This document shows, piece by piece, positions 20,513-30,893 of a DNA stretch of 64,000 bases (the first letter of the stretch is position 1; every line of letters begins with the position of its first letter). The stretch is from positions 1,280,001-1,344,000 of the forward strand of contig OZ241986.1 in assembly GCA_965204375.1 (NCBI GenBank). The letters run 5' to 3'. The translations under genes were made by a program, and so were the position numbers. This DNA comes from Candidatus Latescibacterota bacterium (GTDB lineage Bacteria > Latescibacterota > UBA2968). The notes below the pieces were generated by a model. That model made no database searches. It had not been told where the DNA came from and saw only the letters and a program-made list of their open reading frames with translations.

Positions 20513-21220
20513 TTAGATGCGTTCAATATCGCGCAAGATCCAGGACAGCAGGGTGAATGTGACAAAGATGGGGCGTCTTTGTGGATCGAATACATAGTGG
20601 ATGGGTAATGTGCCGTATCCCGTGTGGCGAAAAGAGAAGAAGGATTGGCCTCTAACCTCGATTTGTGCGGGACCGTGAAGTAGTTGATCTGTTTTGCAGT
20701 ACGTGAGTTCGTCGATGGTTGTAAACGCTTCATTCAGAGGATTGGCTCGATTGGCGAGCGAAAAGGGGAGGATCCATTGACACGATATGGGGATATCCGC
20801 CGAGAGGTGCTTTTTGCCCGCTGTGCCATTCATTTCTATGGTCGCGTCCCGAACTCTGCCGTTTACGAGCAGGCGTTTATCTGACGTTTCTGCCTGGTAC
20901 CAGTCGAGTTTCCAGTTTTGGATTGATTCTCCAATGCGCTCATCCCGCGCTGTTGTGACGGTTGCTTCGTAAATTTCCCGACCACCGCCATTGCGTTTTT
21001 CAACGATCTGGTATTCTGCGCCGTTCTCTTTGTTGTAGCGCGAGATTTCCACTGTTCCTATTGGTCTGTCATCGGTTAAACCGTCGGGATGTGTCTTTGC
21101 CCACTGTAGAATTTCATAGGTCAATTTGCAATTGGAGTCCAATTGAACGGTTTGTTCAGGGGCATCGTAGTTTTGCAATTGCCCGGCGATTGCGTTGAGT
21201 TCGGCTGGTATGGTGTTCAT
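20513..21220 (-). CDS. Hypothetical protein
   Basis: ATGA overlap with upstream sulfatase stop, GAGG RBS; no recognised motif. Confidence 0.65.
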   Translation of the reverse strand: MNTIPAELNAIAGQLQNYDAPEQTVQLDSNCKLTYEILQWAKTHPDGLTDDRPIGTVEISRYNKENGAEYQIVEKRNGGGREIYEATVTTARDERIGESIQNWKLDWYQAETSDKRLLVNGRVRDATIEMNGTAGKKHLSADIPISCQWILPFSLANRANPLNEAFTTIDELTYCKTDQLLHGPAQIEVRGQSFFSFRHTGYGTLPIHYVFDPQRRPIFVTFTLLSWILRDIERI

Positions 21221-22527
21221 GATCCCACCTCCTCTGTCCATCCATTTCCACGTTTGAGATTTTCCATTCTCTCTTCTCTTATTCTATCTCTTTCGCCCGT
21301 TTTGTCAGGTCCGCTGTAGGGTGTGACGGTGTTTGCGTATTCGGCGAGATGTGTCGCGTGCTCGTGCTTGACGTCATCAAAGCCGGGGTCTGATGCGAGA
21401 TTGCGTTTTTCCAGAGGATCGTTTGACAGATCGTAGAGCGTGTGTTGGCCCGAGTCGTAGAGGATGGATTTGTACTGGTCGTCGCGAATGGCGATTGCAC
21501 TCGCGTTTTCTCCAATGACGCTTTCCCGCCAGATAATATCGTCATGTTCTTCGAGGAATGGGCGCAGGCTATTTGCATACGTGGTTTCGGGTAGGGGAGG
21601 TGCGCCGGCGTAATCGCAGATTGTGGCGGGGATATCCACGCCCGATATGAAGTGCGAATCGTTTTGCCCATTGGAGATACTGCCGCGTTGCGAAATGACG
21701 AGCGGTACTGCCCAGGCTTCTTCCTCAAAAAAGCCTTTCAATACTCTTTGATGATGCCCTGAGCCTTCGCCGTGGTCGGCTGTAAAGATGATGAGGGTGT
21801 TTTCAATGAGGCCATTGTTCTCCAATGTGTCGTAGATCAATCCGATCTGGGCGTCAACGGTTTCTACCATTCGATAACACTGGTAGATGTAATATCGCCA
21901 GTCTGTTTCCGACCAGTGGCCGACCCGATGCCTCTGGTTTGGCGGCATGAGACTGATTTCGAAGTTGCCGGGTAAATCGGGCAGGTCGGACAACTGAGGC
22001 TCCATGCCGTATTTTCCCACGGGTCCGTTGACGCCGCAGACATAACAGCAGTCGTGTGGGTTCAGGAGGCCGACGGATAGGAAGAAGGGGCGGGTATCAT
22101 TTGCGTGTTCGGCGATATATTGCGCTGCTGCTCGGGTAGCGCCAGAGTCTTGCAGTTCGCCGTAGGGATGTCTGTCGTAGATCACGTCAAAGCTGTTGGC
22201 AACATCTCGTCCCGTGACATGCCATTTGCCGGAATAGATGCAGTTGTAATCGGTGTGTGCTGTCAGCCACTGGCCGAGGTCGGGCAGGTTGGGATCGATG
22301 GGGAACGGATTGCTGATAACGCCGTGTTCGACAGACATGCGCCCGGTGTACCAACTCGCGCGCGCAGGACAGCAGACGGGATTGGCACTATAAGATTGCC
22401 TGAAGGACATGCCTTCTGCGATCAGACGATCCATGTTGGGTGTCGATACATCACTATTTCCATAGGCAGATATCGCGAGGTGATGTTGCTGGTCTGTGTG
22501 GATGAATACAATATTGGGTTGGCTCAT
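21217..22527 (-). CDS. Sulfatase
   Basis: NIVFIHTDQ, CCPAR, GKWH, NPHD, ADHG, LYDLSNDPLE. Confidence 0.92.
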   Translation of the reverse strand: MSQPNIVFIHTDQQHHLAISAYGNSDVSTPNMDRLIAEGMSFRQSYSANPVCCPARASWYTGRMSVEHGVISNPFPIDPNLPDLGQWLTAHTDYNCIYSGKWHVTGRDVANSFDVIYDRHPYGELQDSGATRAAAQYIAEHANDTRPFFLSVGLLNPHDCCYVCGVNGPVGKYGMEPQLSDLPDLPGNFEISLMPPNQRHRVGHWSETDWRYYIYQCYRMVETVDAQIGLIYDTLENNGLIENTLIIFTADHGEGSGHHQRVLKGFFEEEAWAVPLVISQRGSISNGQNDSHFISGVDIPATICDYAGAPPLPETTYANSLRPFLEEHDDIIWRESVIGENASAIAIRDDQYKSILYDSGQHTLYDLSNDPLEKRNLASDPGFDDVKHEHATHLAEYANTVTPYSGPDKTGERDRIREERMENLKRGNGWTEEVGS

Positions 22528-22552
22528 TTTTTCTCCTGTTTTTTGTACTATA

Positions 22553-23773
22553 CTACAAAGCGGCGAAGGGCAATGCCGTTATGCCGGGACCGAGTGGAAG
22601 GTGTACATCACCGGGATGCACGACGTATCCCGGCATCGCTGTGCTCTCCAGGTCTCTTTGGAATATCTTGATGGCCGCGGCCATGGCCGGGCGTGGCGTA
22701 GCAGATAGCTTCACCTCGATCGGTACGAGCTTTCCACCGGTCTCGACTATGAAATCTACTTCCGTTCCCGCCATCGTCCTCCAAAAGTAGATCTGTGGAT
22801 CGATGCCCCGATGTGTCAATGTCCTGAAAATTTCGGAGAGCACTGCCGTTTCCATGATCGCACCTCCCATGGGACCTGAGGCGGCATGTTCGGAGTCTTT
22901 GAGGCCCGCGAGATAGCAGAGCGTGCCGACATCTGTAAAATACACTTTCGGGGTCTTAACAAGTCGCTTCCCGACATTGGCAAAGTACGGGCGCAGTACG
23001 ATCACCTGATAGGTGGCTTCGAGTACAGATAGCCAGGCTTTGGTCGTGTTGACCGCCACGCCGAGATCTCGGGCGACATCGGTCAGGTTCAAGAGTTGGG
23101 CACTTCTGCTGGCCAGGATTCGGAGAAAATTTTGATACTGAGTCAGGTCTCCAACCTGTCGCAGTGTGCGCACGTCTCGTTCGAGATAGGTCTGGATATA
23201 GCTGCCTTGCCAAAGGGATGCATCGCGGTTGGGTTGTGTCGCGAGTTCCGGGTACCCACCTCGGAGGAAGCCCTGCCACAGTTTGCCAAAGACGTTTGAC
23301 GATTTTAAAGACGACGGTTGCTCGCGCTCCCACGGAAGGGTAAGCTGCGGACGGCCCTCCATTTCCCGTCTGGAAAGCGGCAACAAGCGAAGCATTGCCG
23401 CGCGACCTGCCAAAGATTCGGTTACTTTCTCCGCGAGCAACAAATTTTGTGAACCCGTCAACAGGTATTGGCCGGTTTCGCGTCGGTTCGCATCTATCCT
23501 CTCTTTGATATAGGGTAGCAACTCAGGGGCGTACTGCACCTCATCAAAGATAACAGGAGGCGGATACATTTCCAGGAAACTGCGCGGGTCTTGCAGGGCG
23601 GAAGCCTGAATGTCCAGAGGCTCCAGAGATATATACCTGCAACGCCTGCCAAAGAGATGTTGGAGGAGCGTTGTCTTGCCAGACTGGCGCGGTCCGGTCA
23701 ATACGACAGCGGGAAATTCGGAAGCAGCCCTCGTGAGGATGGGTTCCAGCGAACGTTTGATGTAGTTTTGCAT
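22553..23773 (-). CDS. AAA_14 ATPase with DUF4143 C-terminal domain
   Basis: GPRQSGKT, FDEVQ, LTGS, ESLAGR, GGYP, KRLVKTPKVYFTDVG, EVDF...IEVK. Confidence 0.92.
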   Translation of the reverse strand: MQNYIKRSLEPILTRAASEFPAVVLTGPRQSGKTTLLQHLFGRRCRYISLEPLDIQASALQDPRSFLEMYPPPVIFDEVQYAPELLPYIKERIDANRRETGQYLLTGSQNLLLAEKVTESLAGRAAMLRLLPLSRREMEGRPQLTLPWEREQPSSLKSSNVFGKLWQGFLRGGYPELATQPNRDASLWQGSYIQTYLERDVRTLRQVGDLTQYQNFLRILASRSAQLLNLTDVARDLGVAVNTTKAWLSVLEATYQVIVLRPYFANVGKRLVKTPKVYFTDVGTLCYLAGLKDSEHAASGPMGGAIMETAVLSEIFRTLTHRGIDPQIYFWRTMAGTEVDFIVETGGKLVPIEVKLSATPRPAMAAAIKIFQRDLESTAMPGYVVHPGDVHLPLGPGITALPFAAL

Positions 23774-23814
23774 ATCGCGGCTTCAAATTGCGTTTGTGAC
23801 GGGTTCTCTGGGTG

Positions 23815-23845
23815 GATAATATGCATTTCAAATGCATATTGTCAA
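23815..23845. promoter_or_regulatory. Palindromic operator overlapping predicted minus-strand promoter of the AAA ATPase
   Basis: aatatgcattt-c-aaatgcatatt perfect 11-bp arms (23818-23840); minus strand TTGACA-N18-TATTAT spans it. Confidence 0.55.
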
Positions 23846-23950
23846 CTTAAATTGAGACATCTTGTGATTATTTTTTGTCTGACAGATCAATTCTGGTTGT
23901 GTATTTTGTGCTGGAATAGCTCTGTCACCCCGGTTCATGAGAAATTTGAG

Positions 23951-24157
23951 ATGGGTTATCGAGAACCTCTTGTAACTGTTATTACCGCAACAAATCCCGG
24001 CTTGCTCGCGGTGATCAAATCCGTGCTCGACGATGCTGCGATTCCCTGTATAACCCGAGGCGAGGGATTTCAAACCCTGTACGCGGCGGGGCATGTTGAC
24101 GTGCTGGTATTTGAAAGCGACGCCGAGGAAGCCAGAATACTTTTAAAGAATCTATAA
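23951..24157 (+). CDS. DUF2007-like small putative signal-transducing protein
   Basis: 68 aa: IKSVLDDAAIPC...VLVFESDAEEARILL pattern. Confidence 0.75.
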   Translation: MGYREPLVTVITATNPGLLAVIKSVLDDAAIPCITRGEGFQTLYAAGHVDVLVFESDAEEARILLKNL

Positions 24158-24170
24158 AGAAGGATCTTAT

Positions 24171-25919
24171 ATGCACAATATCCTGAAGTTGATGGGTTAT
24201 ATGCGGCCCTATTGGAAGCAGGCGACTATCGGTCCGTTGATGAAATTGATCGAGGTGATGCTAGAGTTGATGCATCCCCGGTTGGTGCAGCGGATTGTGG
24301 ATGAGGGGATTGCCAGAGGAGATCTGGATCTGGTGATTGAGACCGGGTTGTGGATGCTGGGCCTGGCTATTGGGGGCGTTTTATTTGGAATTGGCAATGC
24401 CTGGTTTGGCGTGTGGGTGGCGCAGCGGGTGGAGACCGATGTGCGAAGCGCGCTTTTTGGCAAAATTCAGTCGCTGTCGTTTGGCAATCTGGATAAGCTG
24501 TCAACGGGACATCTGATTACGCGGCTGACCAACGATGTGCGGCAAGTGGGAGAGGTGGCGCGTTTGATATTGCGCATTCTGTCGCGTATGCCGATGGCAA
24601 TGGTGGGCGGTCTGGTGATGGCGATTGTGACCAGTCCTCGCCTGGGATTGATCTTTGTTGGATTGGTGCCCGTGATTCTGGGGACTCTAATTCTGGTGTT
24701 TCGAAAAGCCAATGCAATGTTTGCCGAAGTGCAGAATCGCCTGGATCGGGTGAATCAGGTGACGCAGGAAAATCTGGCAGGCGTGCGTGTGGTGAAGGCT
24801 TTTTTGAGGGCAGATCACGAGATCGAACGGTTTGGAACGGCCAATAACAGGTTGATGGAACAGACGATTCGGGTGACGCAACTGGTGGCGCTGGTGATGC
24901 CGATTATGATGCTGGTACTGAACTTGGGCGTTGTGGCGGTGATCTGGTTCGGGGGGATTGCAGTGACCCAGGGGGGGATGAAGTTGGGCGAGATTATTGC
25001 GTTTATCAATTATTTGTTGCTTTTCTTGCAATCCCTGATGATAGGCAGTATGGTGCTTATCCGGATGTCTCGAGCAGAGGCTTCTGCCGAGCGCATTATC
25101 GAGGTGCTGAATAGCGAGCCAGAGGTGCATGATCGGGCGGATGCAAAGCGCGATGTGGTGTTGGAGGGGCAGGTCGCATTTGAAAATGTGACGTTCAGTT
25201 ATAATGAGACGGCGGACGATCCGGTATTGCGGAATCTGAATTTTGTCGCCGAGCCGGGGCAGAAGGTGGCGATTTTGGGATCGACGGGAGCGGGTAAAAC
25301 GACGCTGGTGAATCTTATACCGCGGTTTTACGATGTGGATGCTGGGCGGGTGATGGTGGATGGGATGGATGTGCGGGATATGGGACAGGAGACACTGCGA
25401 CAGCAGATTGGGATAGCGCTTCAGGAGTCGGTCCTTTTTTCGGGTACTATTCGGCACAATATTCGATATGGGAGGCCCGATGCAACCGATGAAGAAGTTG
25501 AGGCTGCTGCCCGTTCGGCGATGGCGCACGATTTTATTGTGCAGTTTCCAGATAAGTATGAGACGCTGTTGGGCCAGCGCGGCGTGAATTTGTCGGGAGG
25601 ACAGAGGCAGCGGATAGCGATAGCCCGGGCGTTGATCTCTCGTCCGAAGGTGTTGATTTTAGACGATAGTACCAGCGCGGTAGATTTGGCGACAGAGGCC
25701 AGGATTCACGATGCACTTGAACAGATGGTGGGTTGCACGAGTTTTCTGGTGGCGCAGCGCATCAGTACGGTGTTGCAGGCCGATAAGATTCTGGTGCTGG
25801 ACGATGGGGTGCTGGTTGCCGAGGGCACGCATCAGGAGTTGATGGAATCCAGTTCAGTATATCAGGAGATTTACGATTCACAGCTCGGAGAGGGAAACGG
25901 ATATGGCGGAAGAGCGTAG
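24171..25919 (+). CDS. Heterodimeric ABC exporter subunit (TM287/LmrC-type, degenerate Walker B)
   Basis: GSTGAGKT, LSGGQRQR, ILDDSTS (D for catalytic E), AQRIS. Confidence 0.92.
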   Translation: MHNILKLMGYMRPYWKQATIGPLMKLIEVMLELMHPRLVQRIVDEGIARGDLDLVIETGLWMLGLAIGGVLFGIGNAWFGVWVAQRVETDVRSALFGKIQSLSFGNLDKLSTGHLITRLTNDVRQVGEVARLILRILSRMPMAMVGGLVMAIVTSPRLGLIFVGLVPVILGTLILVFRKANAMFAEVQNRLDRVNQVTQENLAGVRVVKAFLRADHEIERFGTANNRLMEQTIRVTQLVALVMPIMMLVLNLGVVAVIWFGGIAVTQGGMKLGEIIAFINYLLLFLQSLMIGSMVLIRMSRAEASAERIIEVLNSEPEVHDRADAKRDVVLEGQVAFENVTFSYNETADDPVLRNLNFVAEPGQKVAILGSTGAGKTTLVNLIPRFYDVDAGRVMVDGMDVRDMGQETLRQQIGIALQESVLFSGTIRHNIRYGRPDATDEEVEAAARSAMAHDFIVQFPDKYETLLGQRGVNLSGGQRQRIAIARALISRPKVLILDDSTSAVDLATEARIHDALEQMVGCTSFLVAQRISTVLQADKILVLDDGVLVAEGTHQELMESSSVYQEIYDSQLGEGNGYGGRA

Positions 25920-27759
25920 AGTTGATCAGCAGGGCGACGGTGAACAGCGGGGACCAAGCGGAATGATGATGGGGGGGCGCCGGCGAATGATGATGGCAGA
26001 CGACGAGCGGGCGCGGGATTTTCGGGGGACTGCCCGCCGTTTGATGGGGTATATGAGGCGCTACAGGGTGACGCTGGTCGGGGTGGTGGGGCTGGTGGTG
26101 GTTTCAACGGGGTTAGAGGTGGCAGGCCCGTATTTGATGGGGCGTGCGATTGATGAATATATTGTCGATAACGACTTGCCTGGTCTTTTTCAAATTGCCC
26201 TGTTGATGGCGGGGGTGTATGTGGCCCTGGCACTGACGACTTGGCTTCAATCTTTTGTGATGGCGCGAGTATCTCAAAATGCTGTGAGGGATTTGCGTCA
26301 GGATATTTTTAACCGCTTGCAGGTGCTTCCGCTGCGGTTTTTTGATCGGCGTGCCAGTGGCGATCTCATGAGCCGGGTGACTAACGATGTGGATAATATC
26401 AGCAGTGTGTTGTCGGAGAGCGTGACGCAGTTGATTAACAGCGTGTTGACCCTATTGGGCGTGTCGGCCATGATGTTGTGGATGGATTGGCCGCTGGCGT
26501 TGATTAGCTTGCTTACCTTTCCGCTGATGGCGTCTTTGACAGGGCAGGTCGCCAAACGCGCGCGGCGAGGATTTCGCGAGCAGCAAGAGGCACTGGGTGC
26601 GCTCAATGGGATGATTGAAGAGACGATTGCAGCAGAACAGGCGGTGAAGGCTTATGGACGCGAACAGGCGTCGATTGAGACATTTGAAAAGTTTAATAAC
26701 AGGTTGAAGTATGCCGGTACACGCGCACAGTTTTTTGGGACGCTGATGCCGCCTCTGACCTTTTTTGTGAACAATATGGGCCTGGTGATTGTGGCTTTTG
26801 CCGGTGGCTATATGGCGATTCAAGGCGATGTGACTGTAGGTGTGATTGCCGCTTTTATCAGTTATGTGCGACAGTTCGGACGGCCTTTGGGACAGGTTGC
26901 CAATTTGTACAATTCGATACAGTCGGCACTGGCCGGAGCAGAGCGGGTTTTTGAGACTATTGACGAGTTTCCCGAAGCGCCTGACATATCAGATGCGGTC
27001 GCGTTAGAACGGGTTCGGGGCGATGTGATTTTTGATCGCGTGTGTTTTGGTTATGAAAAAGACGTGCCGGTGCTCAAAGAGGTGAGTTTGCACGCCAAAC
27101 CTGGAGATAAGATTGCGCTGGTAGGACCGACGGGAGCGGGGAAGACGACCATTGTGAATTTGCTGACCCGGTTTTACGATATCGATAGCGGGGCGATCTG
27201 TATCGACGGCTATGATATTCGGGAGGTGAAACGGGAAGCGTTGCGTCGGCAACTGGGCATTGTGTTGCAGGATACTTTTTTGCTGTCTGATACTGTGCGG
27301 GAAAATATTCTTTATGGAAGGCTTGATGCTTCGGATGAGGAGGTTGTTGATGCGGCGAGATTAGCCAATGCAGATCCCTTTATTCACCGTCTGCCCCAGG
27401 GGTATGATACGGTGCTTTCGGAACGCGGCGGCAATTTGAGCCAGGGGCAGCGGCAGATGCTGGCTATTGCGAGGGCCGCGCTGGCCGATCCGTCGATTCT
27501 CATTTTAGATGAGGCGACGTCCAGTGTGGATACGCGGACGGAAATGCGGATTCAACAGGCGCTTTTAAGGCTGATGGAGGGGCGAACGAGTTTTATTATT
27601 GCCCACCGATTGAGCACGATTCGCAATGTGGATGAGATTCTCGTTATTGACGATGGGGAGATTATTGAACGCGGGTCACATCGGACGTTGTTGGAGGCGG
27701 AGGGATTTTATCACAATTTGTATATGAGCCAGTTTAAGGGAGAGGTCACTTTTGTTTAG
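25903..27759 (+). CDS. Heterodimeric ABC exporter subunit (TM288/LmrD-type)
   Basis: GPTGAGKT, LSQGQRQ, ILDEATS, AHRLS; overlaps partner gene. Confidence 0.92.
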   Translation: MAEERRVDQQGDGEQRGPSGMMMGGRRRMMMADDERARDFRGTARRLMGYMRRYRVTLVGVVGLVVVSTGLEVAGPYLMGRAIDEYIVDNDLPGLFQIALLMAGVYVALALTTWLQSFVMARVSQNAVRDLRQDIFNRLQVLPLRFFDRRASGDLMSRVTNDVDNISSVLSESVTQLINSVLTLLGVSAMMLWMDWPLALISLLTFPLMASLTGQVAKRARRGFREQQEALGALNGMIEETIAAEQAVKAYGREQASIETFEKFNNRLKYAGTRAQFFGTLMPPLTFFVNNMGLVIVAFAGGYMAIQGDVTVGVIAAFISYVRQFGRPLGQVANLYNSIQSALAGAERVFETIDEFPEAPDISDAVALERVRGDVIFDRVCFGYEKDVPVLKEVSLHAKPGDKIALVGPTGAGKTTIVNLLTRFYDIDSGAICIDGYDIREVKREALRRQLGIVLQDTFLLSDTVRENILYGRLDASDEEVVDAARLANADPFIHRLPQGYDTVLSERGGNLSQGQRQMLAIARAALADPSILILDEATSSVDTRTEMRIQQALLRLMEGRTSFIIAHRLSTIRNVDEILVIDDGEIIERGSHRTLLEAEGFYHNLYMSQFKGEVTFV

Positions 27760-27771
27760 AGTGGAGGAAAA

Positions 27772-28503
27772 ATGTCCTATCACCTGACGCCAGAAGACGC
27801 GCGGTTCTTTCACGACGAAGGGTATCTCGGTCCATATACGATGCATTCGCCAGAAGAGATGGATTGTATTCGGCCCGTTGTTGAGCATGAAATTTTTGAA
27901 GCCGAAGGTCCGTTTCACGTCAGTCGGCAAAAATCGCGGCATCTCGACAACCGAACGATCTACGACCTGTGTACACATCCGACCATTATGGATCGGGTAG
28001 AAGGTATTCTCGGTCCGGATATCGTGCTCTGGCAATCTAACTTTTTTAACAAACCTCCCGGTGCCAAAGAGATTCCCTGGCATCAGGATATGAATTTCTG
28101 GTCCAGCGAAATAGAACCGGGTATCAATGTTTCTGCCTGGTTGGCTATTGACGATACAGATGTCACCAACAGTTGTGTTCAACTCATGCCGGGATCGCAT
28201 CGAAAAATGATTCCGCACATTAAAGCCACACCTGAACAGGCTTTTCGCGAACAGGGCGATCCCGATCATATAGGTGTTGATCCGGATCGCGTTGTAAAGA
28301 TGAAAATGAAAGCCGGGCAATTTTTTCTTTTTACCGAGCGCATGCTCCATTATTCGTCGGCGAACACGTCTGATCGCCGACGCCTGGGATTGGCCATACG
28401 TATTACCATTCCGATTGTGCGGTGTTACAAAAAGCATCACGTTCATCTGGTAAGGGGAGAGGATCGGATGGGGTTTAATGTATATGGAGATGCGCCTGAA
28501 TGA
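27772..28503 (+). CDS. PhyH-like Fe(II)/2-oxoglutarate dioxygenase (canonical HxD)
   Basis: PWHQD, SAWLAID, PGSH, LHYS, RR. Confidence 0.9.
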   Translation: MSYHLTPEDARFFHDEGYLGPYTMHSPEEMDCIRPVVEHEIFEAEGPFHVSRQKSRHLDNRTIYDLCTHPTIMDRVEGILGPDIVLWQSNFFNKPPGAKEIPWHQDMNFWSSEIEPGINVSAWLAIDDTDVTNSCVQLMPGSHRKMIPHIKATPEQAFREQGDPDHIGVDPDRVVKMKMKAGQFFLFTERMLHYSSANTSDRRRLGLAIRITIPIVRCYKKHHVHLVRGEDRMGFNVYGDAPE

Positions 28504-28540
28504 TCATACTAAAGGATAATATCGAAAACGGTGAAAACTT

Positions 28541-29548
28541 ATGAAAAAAGCTATACTCCATGGTCCACGAGACCTCCGAATTGAAGAGCACCCGCTTGAT
28601 ACGAGCGCGCTTGGTGCTGATGAGGTCTGGGTAGAAACGCAGATCAGCGCGTTTAAAATTGGGACAGATCGGGGCAATTTTGAGGGGGCAGAACGCGTAC
28701 CGGGTGCGCCGGACTATCCGCGATTCGTTGGGGATAGCAATCTGGGTATTGTTCGCGGTATTGGTGCCGGGGTCACGCGCTTTGAGGTCGGCGATCGCGT
28801 TGTGGCCACTCAGCCTCACCAATCTGAATACATCATAAGCCAGTTTGGTGATATCTTCAAAATACCCCCTGATGCCGATGATGAGGATGGTGTGTATGCA
28901 CACCTCTATGCCCTCAGCGCACATTGTTATCACAAAGCCTTATTCAGGCCCGGTGAAAATGTCGCCGTTGTCGGTCTGGGTGTTCTCGGCCTGGGGGCAG
29001 TCGCTTTAGGTCCCCTGTTTGGTGCCCGCGTCGTTGGCCTTGGAAATAGTCCTATCAGGTTAGATATGGCAAAACAAATGGGTGCTCATGCGGCTTATTT
29101 ATCGGATGATCCAGACCTCGAAGAGAAACTCGACGCTTTTACAGATGGAAGAGGCATTGATCTGGTTATTCTTACGGCAAATCCGTGGCCAGCTTTCAGA
29201 ACATCTGTTGAAATTGTGCGGCCAAATGGACGGGTTTCTATTGTCAGCCTTATGGGGCGGGGGGAACCGCCGCTTGATTTTAACCCTCTGGCAATGGAAT
29301 GGTTTTACGCCAAGGGAATATCTCTGATTGCCGTGCATGGAGAAGATGCCCAATTATATCCGCATGCCGATACATCGGGCCATTTGGGTCATTGCGATCA
29401 CGTTCTTTCTCTTATGGCAGAAAAAAAACTTCAGCCCAGCCGTCTTATTACGCACCGTTTGCATTACACGGAAATGGTCCAGGCTTATGAAATGGCCTAC
29501 GTGCGTGAAAAATCTATGCTGGGTGTCATTTTTAATTGGCGGGAATAG
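28541..29548 (+). CDS. MDR-family dehydrogenase lacking catalytic Zn ligands
   Basis: GLGVLG NAD-binding motif, FEVGDRV, ITHR; Cys/His zinc ligands absent. Confidence 0.8.
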   Translation: MKKAILHGPRDLRIEEHPLDTSALGADEVWVETQISAFKIGTDRGNFEGAERVPGAPDYPRFVGDSNLGIVRGIGAGVTRFEVGDRVVATQPHQSEYIISQFGDIFKIPPDADDEDGVYAHLYALSAHCYHKALFRPGENVAVVGLGVLGLGAVALGPLFGARVVGLGNSPIRLDMAKQMGAHAAYLSDDPDLEEKLDAFTDGRGIDLVILTANPWPAFRTSVEIVRPNGRVSIVSLMGRGEPPLDFNPLAMEWFYAKGISLIAVHGEDAQLYPHADTSGHLGHCDHVLSLMAEKKLQPSRLITHRLHYTEMVQAYEMAYVREKSMLGVIFNWRE

Positions 29549-29550
29549 CC

Positions 29551-30882
29551 ATGTCACACGATGTCACGAGATCTTTAGAACTGTATAAGAAAGCAGGAGA
29601 ACGCATTCCGGGTTGGACACAGCTCATCAGCCGAAGAGCCGACCGGGTTGCAAATGGGGTTAGTCCTCTCTATGTCGCGCGATCAAAAGGCGCGCGATTT
29701 ATCGATGTTGATGGCAACGAGTATATCGATTGGATTCGCGCTTTGGGGGCTATTATTCTGGGATATGCAGATCCCGTTGTGGATGGCGCTGTAAAACAAC
29801 AGATCGATCGTGGAAGCCTGCATTCCATGAACAGTGCGCTCGAAATTGAGCTGGCAGATGAGTTGATCAATACCATACCGAGTGCTGAAATGGTGCGTTA
29901 TACAAAGGGGGGAGGGGAAGCCTGTGCGGTGGCTGCTCGCATTGCTCGGGGTACGACAAATCGGGACATTATTCTATTTTGCGGTTATCACGGATGGCAC
30001 GATTGGTACCAATCGGCAAATTATCTCGTCGATCCCGAGAGTGGAGAATTTCCCTTTGCCGGTATTGAGCCGATTGGTGTGCCGCGTGCTCTGGCGGGCA
30101 CGGCGGTTCCATTTACCTATGGCGATCTCGACATGCTCGGTCGCTTGCTGACCGAATATCAGGGCGAGGTTGCCGCGGTTATGATGGAACCCGCCCGATC
30201 TGAGTGGCCCGAAGAGGGGTATCTCGAAGGGGTCAAAGAACTCGCCCACAGACACGGTGCTTTGCTCATCTTCGACGAAGTCTCCTGCGGTTGGCGCGAG
30301 TCTCTGGGGGGTATGCAGAAATATCTGGGTGTGACGCCAGATATTACGGTGGTTGCCAAAGGCATGTCCAACGGGTATCCGATGGGGGCTGTTGTTGGAT
30401 CGCGGGAAGCGATGGAGCCAGCCAAAGCGATGTTTATTTCCAGTTCGTATTGGAGCGACAATATCGGTCCTGTTGCATCACTTACGACCATCCGCGAACT
30501 CAAAAGGCGCGATAGCGAGATACACCTGGCCGAAATGGGTCAAAAAGTAGCTGGAGCGATTGACGAAGCCGTCTCATCTGCTGGTCTTTCGGGATCGTGT
30601 AAGGGGTTTCCCGCAACGCCCAATCTGGTGCTCGATTTGCCCGATGAGGCATTGCGCGGCAAAGTTCAGACACTGTTTATTCAGGAAATGGCCCGCCGGG
30701 GTGTGCATTGCTACATGGGCTTTGGACCTACGCTTGCACATACCGAAGAGGATGTGCGTATTACGGCCGAAGCCGTTGAAGCCTCTTTGCGCGTGGTAAA
30801 ACAGGGGCTTGAAAATGATTCTATCGACGATCTGCTCATTTGTGATCTGCACTCGGAACCCTTCCGCCGGATCGTCCGATAA
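29551..30882 (+). CDS. Class III PLP aminotransferase (glutamate-1-semialdehyde aminomutase-like)
   Basis: DVDGNEYID, YHGWHD, LIFDEV, PDITVVAKGMSNG. Confidence 0.88.
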   Translation: MSHDVTRSLELYKKAGERIPGWTQLISRRADRVANGVSPLYVARSKGARFIDVDGNEYIDWIRALGAIILGYADPVVDGAVKQQIDRGSLHSMNSALEIELADELINTIPSAEMVRYTKGGGEACAVAARIARGTTNRDIILFCGYHGWHDWYQSANYLVDPESGEFPFAGIEPIGVPRALAGTAVPFTYGDLDMLGRLLTEYQGEVAAVMMEPARSEWPEEGYLEGVKELAHRHGALLIFDEVSCGWRESLGGMQKYLGVTPDITVVAKGMSNGYPMGAVVGSREAMEPAKAMFISSSYWSDNIGPVASLTTIRELKRRDSEIHLAEMGQKVAGAIDEAVSSAGLSGSCKGFPATPNLVLDLPDEALRGKVQTLFIQEMARRGVHCYMGFGPTLAHTEEDVRITAEAVEASLRVVKQGLENDSIDDLLICDLHSEPFRRIVR

Positions 30883-30893
30883 AGGAGAAAAAA

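Noticed and set aside
29551-30882. hemL assignment
   Set aside because: GSAM-like fold, but catabolic context and divergent motifs; no tetrapyrrole genes
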